Of a DNA stretch of 64,000 nt, positions 18,497 to 28,534 are shown piece after piece. Source of the DNA: Micavibrio sp. (lineage in GTDB: Bacteria; Patescibacteriota; Minisyncoccia; Moranbacterales; GCA-2747515). A program made the position numbers and the translations under genes. The stretch is from assembly GCA_020718085.1 (NCBI GenBank), contig DYDB01000003.1, forward strand, positions 61,569 to 125,568, given 5' to 3'. The notes beneath the pieces are model-generated. The model was given only the letters and a program-made list of their open reading frames with translations, was not told the DNA's origin and searched no databases. How positions within the stretch are numbered: the first letter of the stretch is position 1; every line of letters starts with the position of its first letter.

Positions 18497-21364
18497 TCAT
18501 TTCTTCAAGATCTCACGCAAGTATTTTGCTGTGTAACTCTCTTTGTGATATTTAATCACTTCTTCCGGAGAGCCCGCGATGATGATCTTGCCTCCACCGG
18601 ACCCGCCCTCAGGGCCCATGTCGATGATCCAATCCGCTGTTTTGATCACATCCATATTGTGTTCGATCACAACCACACTATTACCACCTTCCACCAAACG
18701 ATGTAACACATCAAGTAATTTTGTCACATCTTCAAAGTGTAGTCCCGTTGTCGGTTCGTCTAAAATATACATCGTTTTTCCCGTTGCTCTGCGCGCAAGT
18801 TCTGTGGCCAATTTTACCCGCTGTGCTTCACCACCACTAAGCGTTGTCGCACTTTGACCCAAGTGAATGTATCCCAAGCCCACATCTTGTAACGTTTTGA
18901 TGATCGTATGAATTGCCGGGTATGGTTCAAAAAATCCCACGGCCTCGTCCACTGTCATATCCAATACATCTGCAATTGTCTTATCACGATATGTGATCTG
19001 CAATGTTTCGCTGTTATATCTCTTACCCTTACAGACATCGCACGGTAGATATACGTCTGCCATAAATTGCATTTCGATCTTGAGTGCACCGTCACCTTCG
19101 CAATTATCACATCGCCCGCCCCGCACATTAAAGCTAAATCGTCCCGGCTTATACCCGCGCGCCTTTGCCGCTTTAGTCTGCGCAAACAGGTCACGAATCG
19201 GTCCGAATACACCGGTATACGTTGCCGGATTGGACCTAGGTGTACGCCCGATCGGACTCTGATCGATCATGATCACCTTATCAAGATGTTCCGTGCCAAT
19301 GATCTCTTGATGTTTCCCCGGTCGTACTGCAGAGCGCATCAATTTATGTGCCAATCCTTTGTATAAAATTTCTTCTACAAGCGTTGATTTTCCACTACCG
19401 GAAACACCCGTCACCACAGTCATCATACCAAGTGGAAATTCTACCGTAATGCCTCGCAAATTATTCTCACGCGCACCGCGTATGATCAGCATTTTTTTAT
19501 TTTTTACTGCACGTCGCTGTGTAGGAATAGGAATAAATTTCTCGCCACGCAAATATTGCGCCGTTAATGATTCCTTATTCTGAATTACTTTTTCCGGCAC
19601 ATCGGCCGCGACAATGCGTCCGCCATGTTTACCTGCGCCCGGACCAATATCCACCAAGAAATCAGCTGCACGCATTGTCTCCTCATCATGTTCGATCACG
19701 ATCACTGTATTACCCAGATCACGCAAATATAGTAATGTTTCAAGTAATTTTGAGTTATCACGCGCATGCAAACCGATTGACGGTTCATCAAGAATATAAA
19801 GCACGCCAACCAACTGCGATCCGATCTGACTTGCCAACCGTATACGTTGTGATTCACCACCACTAAGCGTGTGCGCACTGCGTGCAAGCATGAGATAGCC
19901 AAGTCCGACTTTGTGCAAAAAGCTCAGTCGCGAGATCACTTCCTTAATAATGCGCTCACCAATAATTTTTTCCTGTGTATTAAGTTTTAATTTTTCAAAA
20001 AATTTCACAGTGTCGGCAATTGTCATCTGTGATACCTCGTCAATATTTTTATGTCCCACTTTTATCCAAAGCACCTCTTTCTTATATCGGCTACCCTGAC
20101 ATGCACTGCACGGCTTGCGTGACATATATTGCTCAATATCTTTTCGAATACTGTCTGACTCCGTTTTTTTATAGCGATCCTCCAAAAATCCCACGATGCC
20201 TTTCCACTCAACAGTAAAGCGCCACATGCTTCCTTTGGCACTTTTCATACTTACAGGAATCGGGTCCGGATCCTCATCTCCATACACCAAAATATCGAAC
20301 TGTCTCTGCGTAAGATCTTTAATGCGCACATTGTCAGGAATATGGTAGTGTTGCAAAACCGCATGAAAGATCGCACCATAATAGGAATTCTTTTTCTTAC
20401 TGCTCCATGGCAATACACCACCCTGTGCGATCGTTCTTGTCATGTCCGGGATCACCATCATATGATCAATTTCTTTTTTTGTTCCCAATCCTTCACATGC
20501 CGGACAAGCACCGTAAGGAGAATTAAAACTGAAAAGGCGCGGCTCCAGATCCGGAAAAACGATTTTCGGGTGACGATGACATGCAAACTTTTGATTATAC
20601 ACTGTGATCTTTTTTGCTTTCTTTGTGTAAGGAAATCGCACAAAGACCAGACCATCTGCGATCTTAAGTGAGATTTCCACCGCCTCAAAGAGGCGAGAAA
20701 TCTCTTCCGCATCAACCTTCATTGTATCTACAATGATCTCAATATTATGTTTTTTATGACGATCCAAGACCAATTCGCTCGCAGCATCCAAATTGTGAAC
20801 TTTTCCGTTGATATATGCTTCCATGAATCCTCTGTCCCACATATCAGAAAATAATTTCAAATATGTGCCTTTGCGCGCCCGCACAACGGGTGCACAAATT
20901 TCTATCTCTTCTCCCTGAGAATTGTCGATGATCTGTGCAACAATTTCGTCAGTTGACAGAACAGTGATCGACTCATCACATTCCGGACAATGTGGCACAC
21001 CGATCTTTGCCCATAGAAGACGCAGATAATCATGCACTTCTGTCACTGTACCAACAGTTGATCGTGGATTATGCGATGTGGTTTTTTGATCGATCGAGAT
21101 CGCAGGTGATAACCCTTCGATCGTATCCACATCCGGCTTATCCATTTGTCCCAAAAATTGACGTGCGTAACTGGACAAACTTTCCAAATAACGGCGTTGT
21201 CCTTCTGCAAAAATTGTGTCAAAAGCCAAGGTTGATTTTCCACTACCGGAAAGGCCCGTGAACACCGTAAAGCTATCTCGCGGAATCGTGAGATTGATGT
21301 TCTTGAGGTTATTTTCCCTCGCCCCCTTGATAACAATATTGTCTGACTTTTCTTTCATAGCCAT
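18497..21364 (-). CDS. uvrA: Excinuclease ABC subunit A
   Basis: GLSGSGKS and GVSGSGKS Walker A, LSGGE twice, Zn fingers, [10 protein letters not shown]. Confidence 0.98.
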   Translation of the reverse strand: MAMKEKSDNIVIKGARENNLKNINLTIPRDSFTVFTGLSGSGKSTLAFDTIFAEGQRRYLESLSSYARQFLGQMDKPDVDTIEGLSPAISIDQKTTSHNPRSTVGTVTEVHDYLRLLWAKIGVPHCPECDESITVLSTDEIVAQIIDNSQGEEIEICAPVVRARKGTYLKLFSDMWDRGFMEAYINGKVHNLDAASELVLDRHKKHNIEIIVDTMKVDAEEISRLFEAVEISLKIADGLVFVRFPYTKKAKKITVYNQKFACHRHPKIVFPDLEPRLFSFNSPYGACPACEGLGTKKEIDHMMVIPDMTRTIAQGGVLPWSSKKKNSYYGAIFHAVLQHYHIPDNVRIKDLTQRQFDILVYGDEDPDPIPVSMKSAKGSMWRFTVEWKGIVGFLEDRYKKTESDSIRKDIEQYMSRKPCSACQGSRYKKEVLWIKVGHKNIDEVSQMTIADTVKFFEKLKLNTQEKIIGERIIKEVISRLSFLHKVGLGYLMLARSAHTLSGGESQRIRLASQIGSQLVGVLYILDEPSIGLHARDNSKLLETLLYLRDLGNTVIVIEHDEETMRAADFLVDIGPGAGKHGGRIVAADVPEKVIQNKESLTAQYLRGEKFIPIPTQRRAVKNKKMLIIRGARENNLRGITVEFPLGMMTVVTGVSGSGKSTLVEEILYKGLAHKLMRSAVRPGKHQEIIGTEHLDKVIMIDQSPIGRTPRSNPATYTGVFGPIRDLFAQTKAAKARGYKPGRFSFNVRGGRCDNCEGDGALKIEMQFMADVYLPCDVCKGKRYNSETLQITYRDKTIADVLDMTVDEAVGFFEPYPAIHTIIKTLQDVGLGYIHLGQSATTLSGGEAQRVKLATELARRATGKTMYILDEPTTGLHFEDVTKLLDVLHRLVEGGNSVVVIEHNMDVIKTADWIIDMGPEGGSGGGKIIIAGSPEEVIKYHKESYTAKYLREILKK

Positions 21365-21407
21365 CAAAGTATAAACCACTATGCGATCTTTTTCAAGAAC
21401 AAGATAT

Positions 21408-22724
21408 CTAGAAAAAAGCTACACCATAAGTAATGGGATAAAAAGCCAAAAAGGCCAAGATCACCACAGACACAAATATGACATCAAACTTTTGCAATAT
21501 GTTCCTTTTATCCAACAAATATACACCGATCATGATCGAAAAAATCAAACTGATCATATAATGATATAAGAACATCACGCGATCGATCAAGAGAAATGGA
21601 AACCAATTAACAAAAAAGCCAACCAACAATAAGTTAATATGGATATTTCGACGAAAACGATACAACAACTGTGTGATCACAGCCCATATCACAGATGCTG
21701 CGCCAAAAAACCACAGCACAAAATTCCCAAAAAAATAGATAAATCGCCCCATATCATCGGTCCAATAATACACCGGTTTGACCATAAACGGCCATGTGTA
21801 CCACATACTGCCATATGCATGTCCTTGCGTAATACTTTTATTGGCACTATACATCGTACGATTTAGTTCCAAAAACTGTTTCCACATCGACATCGGCTCT
21901 ATAGAAAGATCTGCATGAAGATCATGTTGTGTGTCATAAAAACTTTTTGACATAAAAGAATCGCCACTTCCAGGATGTGGCAAAAGCATAAAATGCATAA
22001 TAAAAAAAGAAAAATACAACACACAGGGCACAACAACAAAAAGTAACAATGATTTTCCCACATATCGCACATTGTATATGCGTCGCGTAATTATTTCATA
22101 GATCAAAATAAGAAAGAGAAAAGTGATTCCCGTCCACTTGATCGAAACAGCCAAGCTGCCACATACACATGCTGCGAGTAAAAAAATATTTTTTGTACAC
22201 CGACGATAGATCATATACATCAAAAGTGCCACAAACCCAAAAAGTATAAGAAATCCATCTAGAAATAAAAAATGTGTTTGGACAACAAGTGAGTTCTCAA
22301 AAATTAATAATATACTGAGCACTGTTGATCCGCGAAGAGAAAAACCCATCTCCAATGCTAAAAAAAATAGAACTATCGGAATAAGCGAACCGGTCAAACA
22401 TGGTAAAAAGCGAAGTATGAACTGCTCATGATCCACATACGCATTTCCAATAGTAGAAAAATCACTATCAAGACGTGTGTCAAAAATATGCACAAATCCA
22501 AAGATGATCAATTTGCCAAGTGGCGGATGAATATCAAAATAATATTCTCCATTTTCATAGGCAGAAATAAATCGACCAAAATACACCTCATCAAAGACAA
22601 CTTCTTGTGGCGACCCAAAAAAAGCAAAATGTACAATAAAACTGAATACTGATAGTACGCAAATAATCACTTTTTTTTGTGACATCTTCATAAATAATTT
22701 TCGCATAATTCGCAAAAACATCAT
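21408..22724 (-). CDS. Protein O-mannosyltransferase (PMT, GT39 family)
   Basis: VVFDEVYF, FDIHPPLGK, SIKWTG, H.Y.S.WYTWP, RVMFLYHY. Confidence 0.88.
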   Translation of the reverse strand: MMFLRIMRKLFMKMSQKKVIICVLSVFSFIVHFAFFGSPQEVVFDEVYFGRFISAYENGEYYFDIHPPLGKLIIFGFVHIFDTRLDSDFSTIGNAYVDHEQFILRFLPCLTGSLIPIVLFFLALEMGFSLRGSTVLSILLIFENSLVVQTHFLFLDGFLILFGFVALLMYMIYRRCTKNIFLLAACVCGSLAVSIKWTGITFLFLILIYEIITRRIYNVRYVGKSLLLFVVVPCVLYFSFFIMHFMLLPHPGSGDSFMSKSFYDTQHDLHADLSIEPMSMWKQFLELNRTMYSANKSITQGHAYGSMWYTWPFMVKPVYYWTDDMGRFIYFFGNFVLWFFGAASVIWAVITQLLYRFRRNIHINLLLVGFFVNWFPFLLIDRVMFLYHYMISLIFSIMIGVYLLDKRNILQKFDVIFVSVVILAFLAFYPITYGVAFF

Positions 22725-22763
22725 TCGTAATTACATCTCCCAAAAAACAAAAACTTCTTTTAA

Positions 22764-22798
22764 CCCCCTCTCCCTCTGGGAGAGGGCTGGGGTGAGGG
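22764..22798. repeat. GC-rich palindromic repeat (PHPSPLPEGEG-type)
   Basis: ccccctctccctctgggagagggctggggtgaggg in AT-rich intergenic DNA. Confidence 0.6.
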
Positions 22799-22875
22799 TG
22801 GATTTTTATCTTTCTCATTTATGACAAAATTTCGGAACTTACAATAAAATCCGCATGAGTTACGGATTTTTTATT

Positions 22876-23427
22876 TTATATTTTTTGTTTTTTTATTCTG
22901 TGATCACCATATGTGTTGATAAATTCATGTGGACATACCCAATCTTCACGCACTGTTCGCTTCTGTTTTACATCATAGTATCCTGGAAAAACCTTTCCAT
23001 CCCACATGCCCACATATATGCCAAAATGCACATGTTCCACAGGCCACCAACCATTCTCTGTGGTATTGCTCCCACCCACGCGTCCAATCATTTCTCCCAT
23101 ATCAACACGCGCACCTTTTGTTTTGACTACGGCACCAAGGTGACCATACACTGCATAAAACAACATCCGTGAAACGGGGTGCTTATAAGCTATTATGACC
23201 ACATTGCCCCAATTACCTTTTACATTACTACCCGGATGCAATGCGGCATAAACAATGTGCCCCCGTCCAATCGACACAACAGGCGTATCTACCGGACATA
23301 TAATATCTTCTCCCAAATGCTCACCCCAATCAACACCATCATATATGCCATGCACACCAAATTTCAAACCGTTCACGGTATAGTTTTTTACAGGATATTG
23401 TAATTGTCGCGTGTATGCATATGCCAT
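22876..23427 (-). CDS. M23 family metallopeptidase
   Basis: HLGED, WGNVVII, YGHL, HVHFGI. Confidence 0.88.
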   Translation of the reverse strand: MAYAYTRQLQYPVKNYTVNGLKFGVHGIYDGVDWGEHLGEDIICPVDTPVVSIGRGHIVYAALHPGSNVKGNWGNVVIIAYKHPVSRMLFYAVYGHLGAVVKTKGARVDMGEMIGRVGGSNTTENGWWPVEHVHFGIYVGMWDGKVFPGYYDVKQKRTVREDWVCPHEFINTYGDHRIKKQKI

Positions 23428-23495
23428 AATAACCTGCCATTGTTACGAAGAATTTTTATTTTTATAAATGCACATTAATAAAAATATACATCATA

Positions 23496-23714
23496 CTACC
23501 ATTTGATCTGAAATTCCAATTCTTCACCATCGGATCCTTTCTCGTGCTCGATATTAATGACAGCATCATGTGGAATTGCAATTTTTTCACCCGCCACTTG
23601 AATTACAAACTTTTTATCTTTTTCCAATGCATCTGCCAACCGACGGATCTTCTTGATAAAATCTTTTTTTGTATATATTTTTTCAATATCCCTTTTTTTG
23701 CTTGGTTTTTTCAT
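23496..23714 (-). CDS. Amphi-Trp domain protein
   Basis: RRLADALE...IEHEK..EELEFQIKW with C-terminal Trp. Confidence 0.85.
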   Translation of the reverse strand: MKKPSKKRDIEKIYTKKDFIKKIRRLADALEKDKKFVIQVAGEKIAIPHDAVINIEHEKGSDGEELEFQIKW

Positions 23715-23741
23715 ATATTTTTGCAGTTATTTTTGAACGTA

Positions 23742-24296
23742 TTATTGCATCATTTTCAACAATTCCTCCATTCCCGTTGTAAACGTGGTAAATCCACTTG
23801 CTTGATTAATGTGTCCTGCCTCGCTCAAAACAATAAGCTTTCCACTTAATTTTTCCTCCAATAATTTTCCTTCTTCAAGCGGCACATATGGATCATCATC
23901 AGAGTTTATAAATGTTCTATGTGTTACAACATGTGCCACTTTTTCATAATCAAGCGGAGTTTCAAAAAAACTATCCAGGTATGGAATGCCGATTGATCGA
24001 GAAAAACCAGCCACCAAAAGCATGCCCCCAATTTTTTCACCTTCTTTCAACGATTCCGCATAACGCATGATCGCCATACATCCCAAACTATGGCCAACGA
24101 GAAATATTTCTTCATTTGGCGCATCAATCTTTGTATGCAAATAATTGACCCATTCATCCATTTTGGGAAAATCCATATTTGGCATATGCAAAACTTCAGC
24201 AGAAATATTTTGTGCATCAAGTTCAGCTTTCAACCACGGAAACCAATTTGCATCCGGAGAACCGCTCCATCCGTGAACAATAAAGACTTTTTTCAT
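23742..24296 (-). CDS. RBBP9/YdeN family alpha/beta hydrolase
   Basis: IVHGW..NWFPWL, GHSLG, SDDDPYV, AGHIN. Confidence 0.92.
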   Translation of the reverse strand: MKKVFIVHGWSGSPDANWFPWLKAELDAQNISAEVLHMPNMDFPKMDEWVNYLHTKIDAPNEEIFLVGHSLGCMAIMRYAESLKEGEKIGGMLLVAGFSRSIGIPYLDSFFETPLDYEKVAHVVTHRTFINSDDDPYVPLEEGKLLEEKLSGKLIVLSEAGHINQASGFTTFTTGMEELLKMMQ

Positions 24297-24434
24297 AAAA
24301 TTATAAAAAACGTAACAACCTCATTCTACCGCATATCAGCAAACATGCCAAAATATTTAACACTACTAACTAAAAAATATGATAATAAAAATCCTGCAGA
24401 TCATATAGATTGCAGGATTTTATGTATTTATTGA

Positions 24435-25826
24435 CTACAGAACAAGTTCCGCCAAAAGACGTATTGGTGCGCCTTTTGCGCCTTTTGCCAACTGCTCATC
24501 AAAAACCGCTGTCATGGTTGGTGCAATATCAATATGCATCCAGTGATCCTTATAATCTTTGACAAAATGCTTGAGGAAAAGAGCTGCCGTAATTGCGCCA
24601 CCAATGCCAGCTTGCCCTTTTGTGCGGATATTGGCAATATCACCATGCGTCCCAACGATCTCTGCAGCATAGTCATCCCACAGTGGCATGCGCCACACAG
24701 CATCACCCGTTTTTTCCCCAGCCACGATCGTCTGCTGTGCTAATTCATCATTATCAGTAAATATCGCACTCGCACGCTCACCCAACGCGACTGCTGCTGC
24801 ACCTGTCAGTGTTGCAACATCAATTACTTTTTTTGGATTGAACGCTTTGGCATATGTCAGTGCATCTGCAAGGATGAGTCGGCCTTCCGCATCCGTATGT
24901 CCAATTTCCACATGTGTGCCATCCATCATTGTCACAATATCACCCGGGCGCATGCTCATACCACTTGGCATATTTTCCACCGCAGGAATAAGCACTACGA
25001 TGTGTTCTTCGCTATTCAAACGATCTGCAGCAAAGATCGTTGCCACAACAGCTGCCGCTCCACTCATATCCATCATCATTTCCAATCCGTGTGGATGTGG
25101 TTTGGTATCAATGCCACCACTATCATAAGTAACACCTTTTCCCACAAGCACCGTCGGTTTTTTGGTTGCACTGCTTCCCATGTATTCTAAAATGATAAAT
25201 CGTGATTGACATGCGCTACCTTGTCCAACAGACAACACGCCATTCATTTTTTTACGACGCATTTGTTTTTCGTCTAAAACACGCATTTTGACCTTTGTGC
25301 CTTTGATTGCCTTTCGAATAATGCCCGCAAGATGTACTGGGGTCATATCGCCACCCGGCGTATTTGCAAGGTCACGACAAAAGTTTACTTGCGACGCGAT
25401 TGTCACGCCCCTACGAAAATTCTTATATACACACGTTTTGTCTTTCTTATCCGCTACAACGATCACCTCATCAATATTATGCCATCCTTCCTCTGGTTTG
25501 ACGCGATATTTACGAAACTCATAATCCGCCATATATACAGCTTCTGCAAAAATTTGCTCCAAGTCGGTACCGATATTTTCAAACTGCATCAGATCTTTCC
25601 ACATGATCTCCAATCGTTCAATTCTGTATTTTTTCGCCTCCTGAATTATTGAACGCACAAGCACGATCCACTTGCGACGTGTCATCACTTCTGCTTTCGG
25701 GATCTTTATTTCCAAGGAATCTCCTTTTACACCAACCACAAAGCGATTTCCCACGATCTTCTCCTGCAATGACACGCGCGTATATTTTTTGCGTGTAGTA
25801 TTTTTATCGACAATCGTGATCTTCAT
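24435..25826 (-). CDS. pepA: Leucyl aminopeptidase (M17)
   Basis: VGKGVTYDSGG, DMSGAA, HTDAEGRL, DVATLTGA. Confidence 0.93.
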   Translation of the reverse strand: MKITIVDKNTTRKKYTRVSLQEKIVGNRFVVGVKGDSLEIKIPKAEVMTRRKWIVLVRSIIQEAKKYRIERLEIMWKDLMQFENIGTDLEQIFAEAVYMADYEFRKYRVKPEEGWHNIDEVIVVADKKDKTCVYKNFRRGVTIASQVNFCRDLANTPGGDMTPVHLAGIIRKAIKGTKVKMRVLDEKQMRRKKMNGVLSVGQGSACQSRFIILEYMGSSATKKPTVLVGKGVTYDSGGIDTKPHPHGLEMMMDMSGAAAVVATIFAADRLNSEEHIVVLIPAVENMPSGMSMRPGDIVTMMDGTHVEIGHTDAEGRLILADALTYAKAFNPKKVIDVATLTGAAAVALGERASAIFTDNDELAQQTIVAGEKTGDAVWRMPLWDDYAAEIVGTHGDIANIRTKGQAGIGGAITAALFLKHFVKDYKDHWMHIDIAPTMTAVFDEQLAKGAKGAPIRLLAELVL

Positions 25827-25943
25827 ATGTGCAATTGGTTAAAAGATTATATGTTTCATTCTCTCTATTAAAGGCTGTTTTTGTTACTTCGTCAAATTAC
25901 AGACAACTTCTCACCCGTTCCACACATTCGTTGTAAGATAATA

Positions 25944-25979
25944 AAAAACTCAATCTAATGAAATCACATTAGATTGAGT
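25944..25979 (-). terminator. Intrinsic terminator of glyQS
   Basis: actcaatctaatg / cattagattgagt 13-bp stem followed by a U-tract on the minus strand. Confidence 0.8.
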
Positions 25980-25996
25980 CTTCCTCATCATATCTT

Positions 25997-27397
25997 CTAT
26001 AGATTTTTTTCGAGAAATACTGACAATTCCTCTACTGAAACACTCGTTTGCTCCATTGTATCGCGGTCCCGTACAGTGACCGTGCCTTTTTCAAGCGTGT
26101 CAAAATCAATTGTCACGCAATACGGCGTACCAATTTCATCTTGACGACGATACCGCTTGCCCACATTACCATTATCATCAAATTCACACATATATTGTTT
26201 TCTGAGCATGTCATGAACTTCACGTGCTTTTGCGACCAATTCCGGCTTATTTTTGAGAAGTGGAAATACTGCCACCTTGATCGGTGCAAGAACTTTTGGC
26301 AATTTAAGCACTGTGCGAGTCTTCCCTTCACCTAGATCTTCTACAGTAAACGCCTTGTCCAAAAACATAAGGAAGAGCCGACCCAATCCCACAGAAGTCT
26401 CCATGATATGTGGAATGAATTTTTCTTTGGTCTTTTCATCCACATAATCCAAGATCTTACCAGAGTGTTTGCTATGTTGTGACAAATCCCAATCTCCACG
26501 AGCATGAATACCTTCAACTTCCTTAAATCCACCAAGTGAGCGAAAATTATATTCAATATCATATGCTTGAGACGCATAATGCGCGAGTTTTTCATGCTTA
26601 TACCAGCGGATATCTTCTTTTGCAATGCCAAGTTCCAGATACCACTGCCATCGCGCATCTCTCCACATATCATATTTTTCATCCATCATTGATGGATGCA
26701 GAAAATACTGCATTTCCATCTGTTCAAATTCCCGTGTACGAAAAACAAACTGCCGTGCCACAATCTCGTTACGAAACGCTTTGCCCACCTGTGCGATACC
26801 AAAAGGTAATTTTACACGTGTAGAATCAAGTGTGTTCTTGTATTCCAAATAAATGCCTCCACATGTCTCCGGACGCAAATATACAACATTTTCCTCACTC
26901 AGTGCATCAGTTGGTGAGCCGAGATTGGATTTTACCATCAGTGAAAATCTCTTTGCTTCTGTAATGTCCTTTGACCCGCAATTCACACATTTTAACTTTC
27001 CTTGCTCACGCAGTTTGTCCAATTCCGCATTGATAAATTCAATTGGCATTTTGTCCGCCACAATATCAAATGCTTCCAATACATGATCTGCTCGCATACG
27101 CGCCTTACAATTACGACAATCGATCTGCGGATCATCAAAACTGTCCACATGTCCCGAAGCCACCCATGTTGTCGGATGCATGAAGATCGCACTGTCCAAT
27201 CCGACTACGTCATCACGATATTGCACCATATGCTTCCACCATGAGTCACGAATATTGTTCTTGAGAAGTGTTCCATAGTGCCCATAATCATAAATTGCAC
27301 CAAGCCCACCATAAATTTCTGACGAAGGGAACACGAATCCGCGTCGCTTGGTAAGCGATACAAGATCCTCCATGATAGTTTCTTTTTTGTCTGCCAT
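25997..27397 (-). CDS. glyQS: Glycine--tRNA ligase (dimeric GlyRS-1 type)
   Basis: EIYGGL, YLRPETCGGI, FRNEI, FRTREFEQME, GKRYRRQDEIGTP. Confidence 0.97.
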   Translation of the reverse strand: MADKKETIMEDLVSLTKRRGFVFPSSEIYGGLGAIYDYGHYGTLLKNNIRDSWWKHMVQYRDDVVGLDSAIFMHPTTWVASGHVDSFDDPQIDCRNCKARMRADHVLEAFDIVADKMPIEFINAELDKLREQGKLKCVNCGSKDITEAKRFSLMVKSNLGSPTDALSEENVVYLRPETCGGIYLEYKNTLDSTRVKLPFGIAQVGKAFRNEIVARQFVFRTREFEQMEMQYFLHPSMMDEKYDMWRDARWQWYLELGIAKEDIRWYKHEKLAHYASQAYDIEYNFRSLGGFKEVEGIHARGDWDLSQHSKHSGKILDYVDEKTKEKFIPHIMETSVGLGRLFLMFLDKAFTVEDLGEGKTRTVLKLPKVLAPIKVAVFPLLKNKPELVAKAREVHDMLRKQYMCEFDDNGNVGKRYRRQDEIGTPYCVTIDFDTLEKGTVTVRDRDTMEQTSVSVEELSVFLEKNL

Positions 27398-27427
27398 ACA
27401 AATTGTTGATTAATGCTTAAATAAATT

Positions 27428-27576
27428 AAAAACTCGTCCCGATCATTCCAAGATTATATCCTTGAAATCATCAGGACGAGTTTCCCCGCGGTTCCACCTG
27501 CTTTTTTGAGCGACATCTGCCACTCAAACACCTCATAATTTTCTCCCCATCAAACGTGCCACGGTCTGATCAACAC
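27428..27576 (-). promoter_or_regulatory. Glycine T-box riboswitch, transcriptional, with ultra-short Stem I
   Basis: Antiterminator CAGG-UGGAACC-GCGGG-GAAA-CUCGU-CCUG (27472-27500); competing terminator AAACUCGUCCUGAU..AUCGGGACGAGUUUUU; Stem III-like hairpin; AUCAGAC-CGUGGCAC-GUUUGAU hairpin with GGC (Gly) in its loop. Confidence 0.88.
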
Positions 27577-27582
27577 ATGTGC

Positions 27583-27611
27583 ACTGTAACATGCAAATCA
27601 TATATTGTCAA
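27583..27611 (-). promoter_or_regulatory. Sigma70 promoter of the T-box/glyQS leader
   Basis: TTGACA-17 bp-TACAGT with TG extension. Confidence 0.7.
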
Positions 27612-27742
27612 AAACAAAAAATGACACAGCGGGTGGGAAGTGTCATTTTTGTTTTTATTTTTGTTTTTATTTTTGCCTCTAAATTACGATTTTTAACAAA
27701 AAATGAGCAACAAGCCTAAATATAGCTCATTACTCACCCGTT
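27610..27742 (-). ncRNA. Candidate small RNA (~130 nt)
   Basis: Own promoter TTGATT-17-TATAAT (27749-27777), no real ORF, ends in a terminator hairpin with loop UUCCCACCCGCU. Confidence 0.5.
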
Positions 27743-27780
27743 GATACTATTATAGCACACTTTTAGACAAAAATCAAGCC

Positions 27781-28503
27781 CTATTTCCGCATGCCAACAA
27801 CACTCAACATCGCGCTGAACGAATCTCCTCCGTGACGACGCGCAGAGTACAGATTTTCATCAGAAAATGTACATGCCGTACACCCCTTGACCTTATACAT
27901 GTCCACACCTGCACCATGCACTTGATCCAGGATCATTTGTTGCAAATTCACACGCACCTTACCTACTGTACTGCCAGGTACAATATATTTATCTTGACTA
28001 TAAAAACCAAACTGTGTGATCAATTCATCAAATCCAAAATCAAACTGGTTTTGTGATATGCCTGGTCCGATTGCAATTGAAATATCTTTGTGTTTTGCAC
28101 CTTGTTCTACCATCGTATGGATCGTTGCAGGAATGATCTCAGCAATGATCCCTCTCCACCCTGCATGTGCAATACCTACCATCTCCGCCACCGGATCATG
28201 AAAAAGTACTGGAAAGCAATCTGCTGTTGTCACGGAAAGAAAAATATTCTTCTTATTTGTCACGAGCGCATCGGTGTTTTCATAAAATTTTTGTGATGCA
28301 TCTTCCACAACTGCTACATTTGCACTGTGTGTCACAAATGCGCTCACAAAATTTTCATATGGGATGCATAACTTTTCACAAAATGTGATACGATTTTTTA
28401 CCACTTCTTCTTGTGACTCGTCATCACGTAATTTCATATTACCATCTTGTGCCGTGGACATTGCAGCGATCACATTCTGTGCATCATCAAAAAAACTATA
28501 CAT
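27781..28503 (-). CDS. pgeF: PgeF/YfiH family purine nucleoside enzyme (polyphenol oxidase-like)
   Basis: TDALVT, TADCFPVL, AHAGWRG, IGPGI, CT.C..LYSARR. Confidence 0.9.
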   Translation of the reverse strand: MYSFFDDAQNVIAAMSTAQDGNMKLRDDESQEEVVKNRITFCEKLCIPYENFVSAFVTHSANVAVVEDASQKFYENTDALVTNKKNIFLSVTTADCFPVLFHDPVAEMVGIAHAGWRGIIAEIIPATIHTMVEQGAKHKDISIAIGPGISQNQFDFGFDELITQFGFYSQDKYIVPGSTVGKVRVNLQQMILDQVHGAGVDMYKVKGCTACTFSDENLYSARRHGGDSFSAMLSVVGMRK

Positions 28504-28534
28504 AAAATAAACTATATTATCCCAATTAAATAAT

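Noticed and set aside
27640-27680. CRISPR-like repeat
   Set aside because: Only 2.5 copies of a 12-bp T-rich unit, with no spacers or cas genes.
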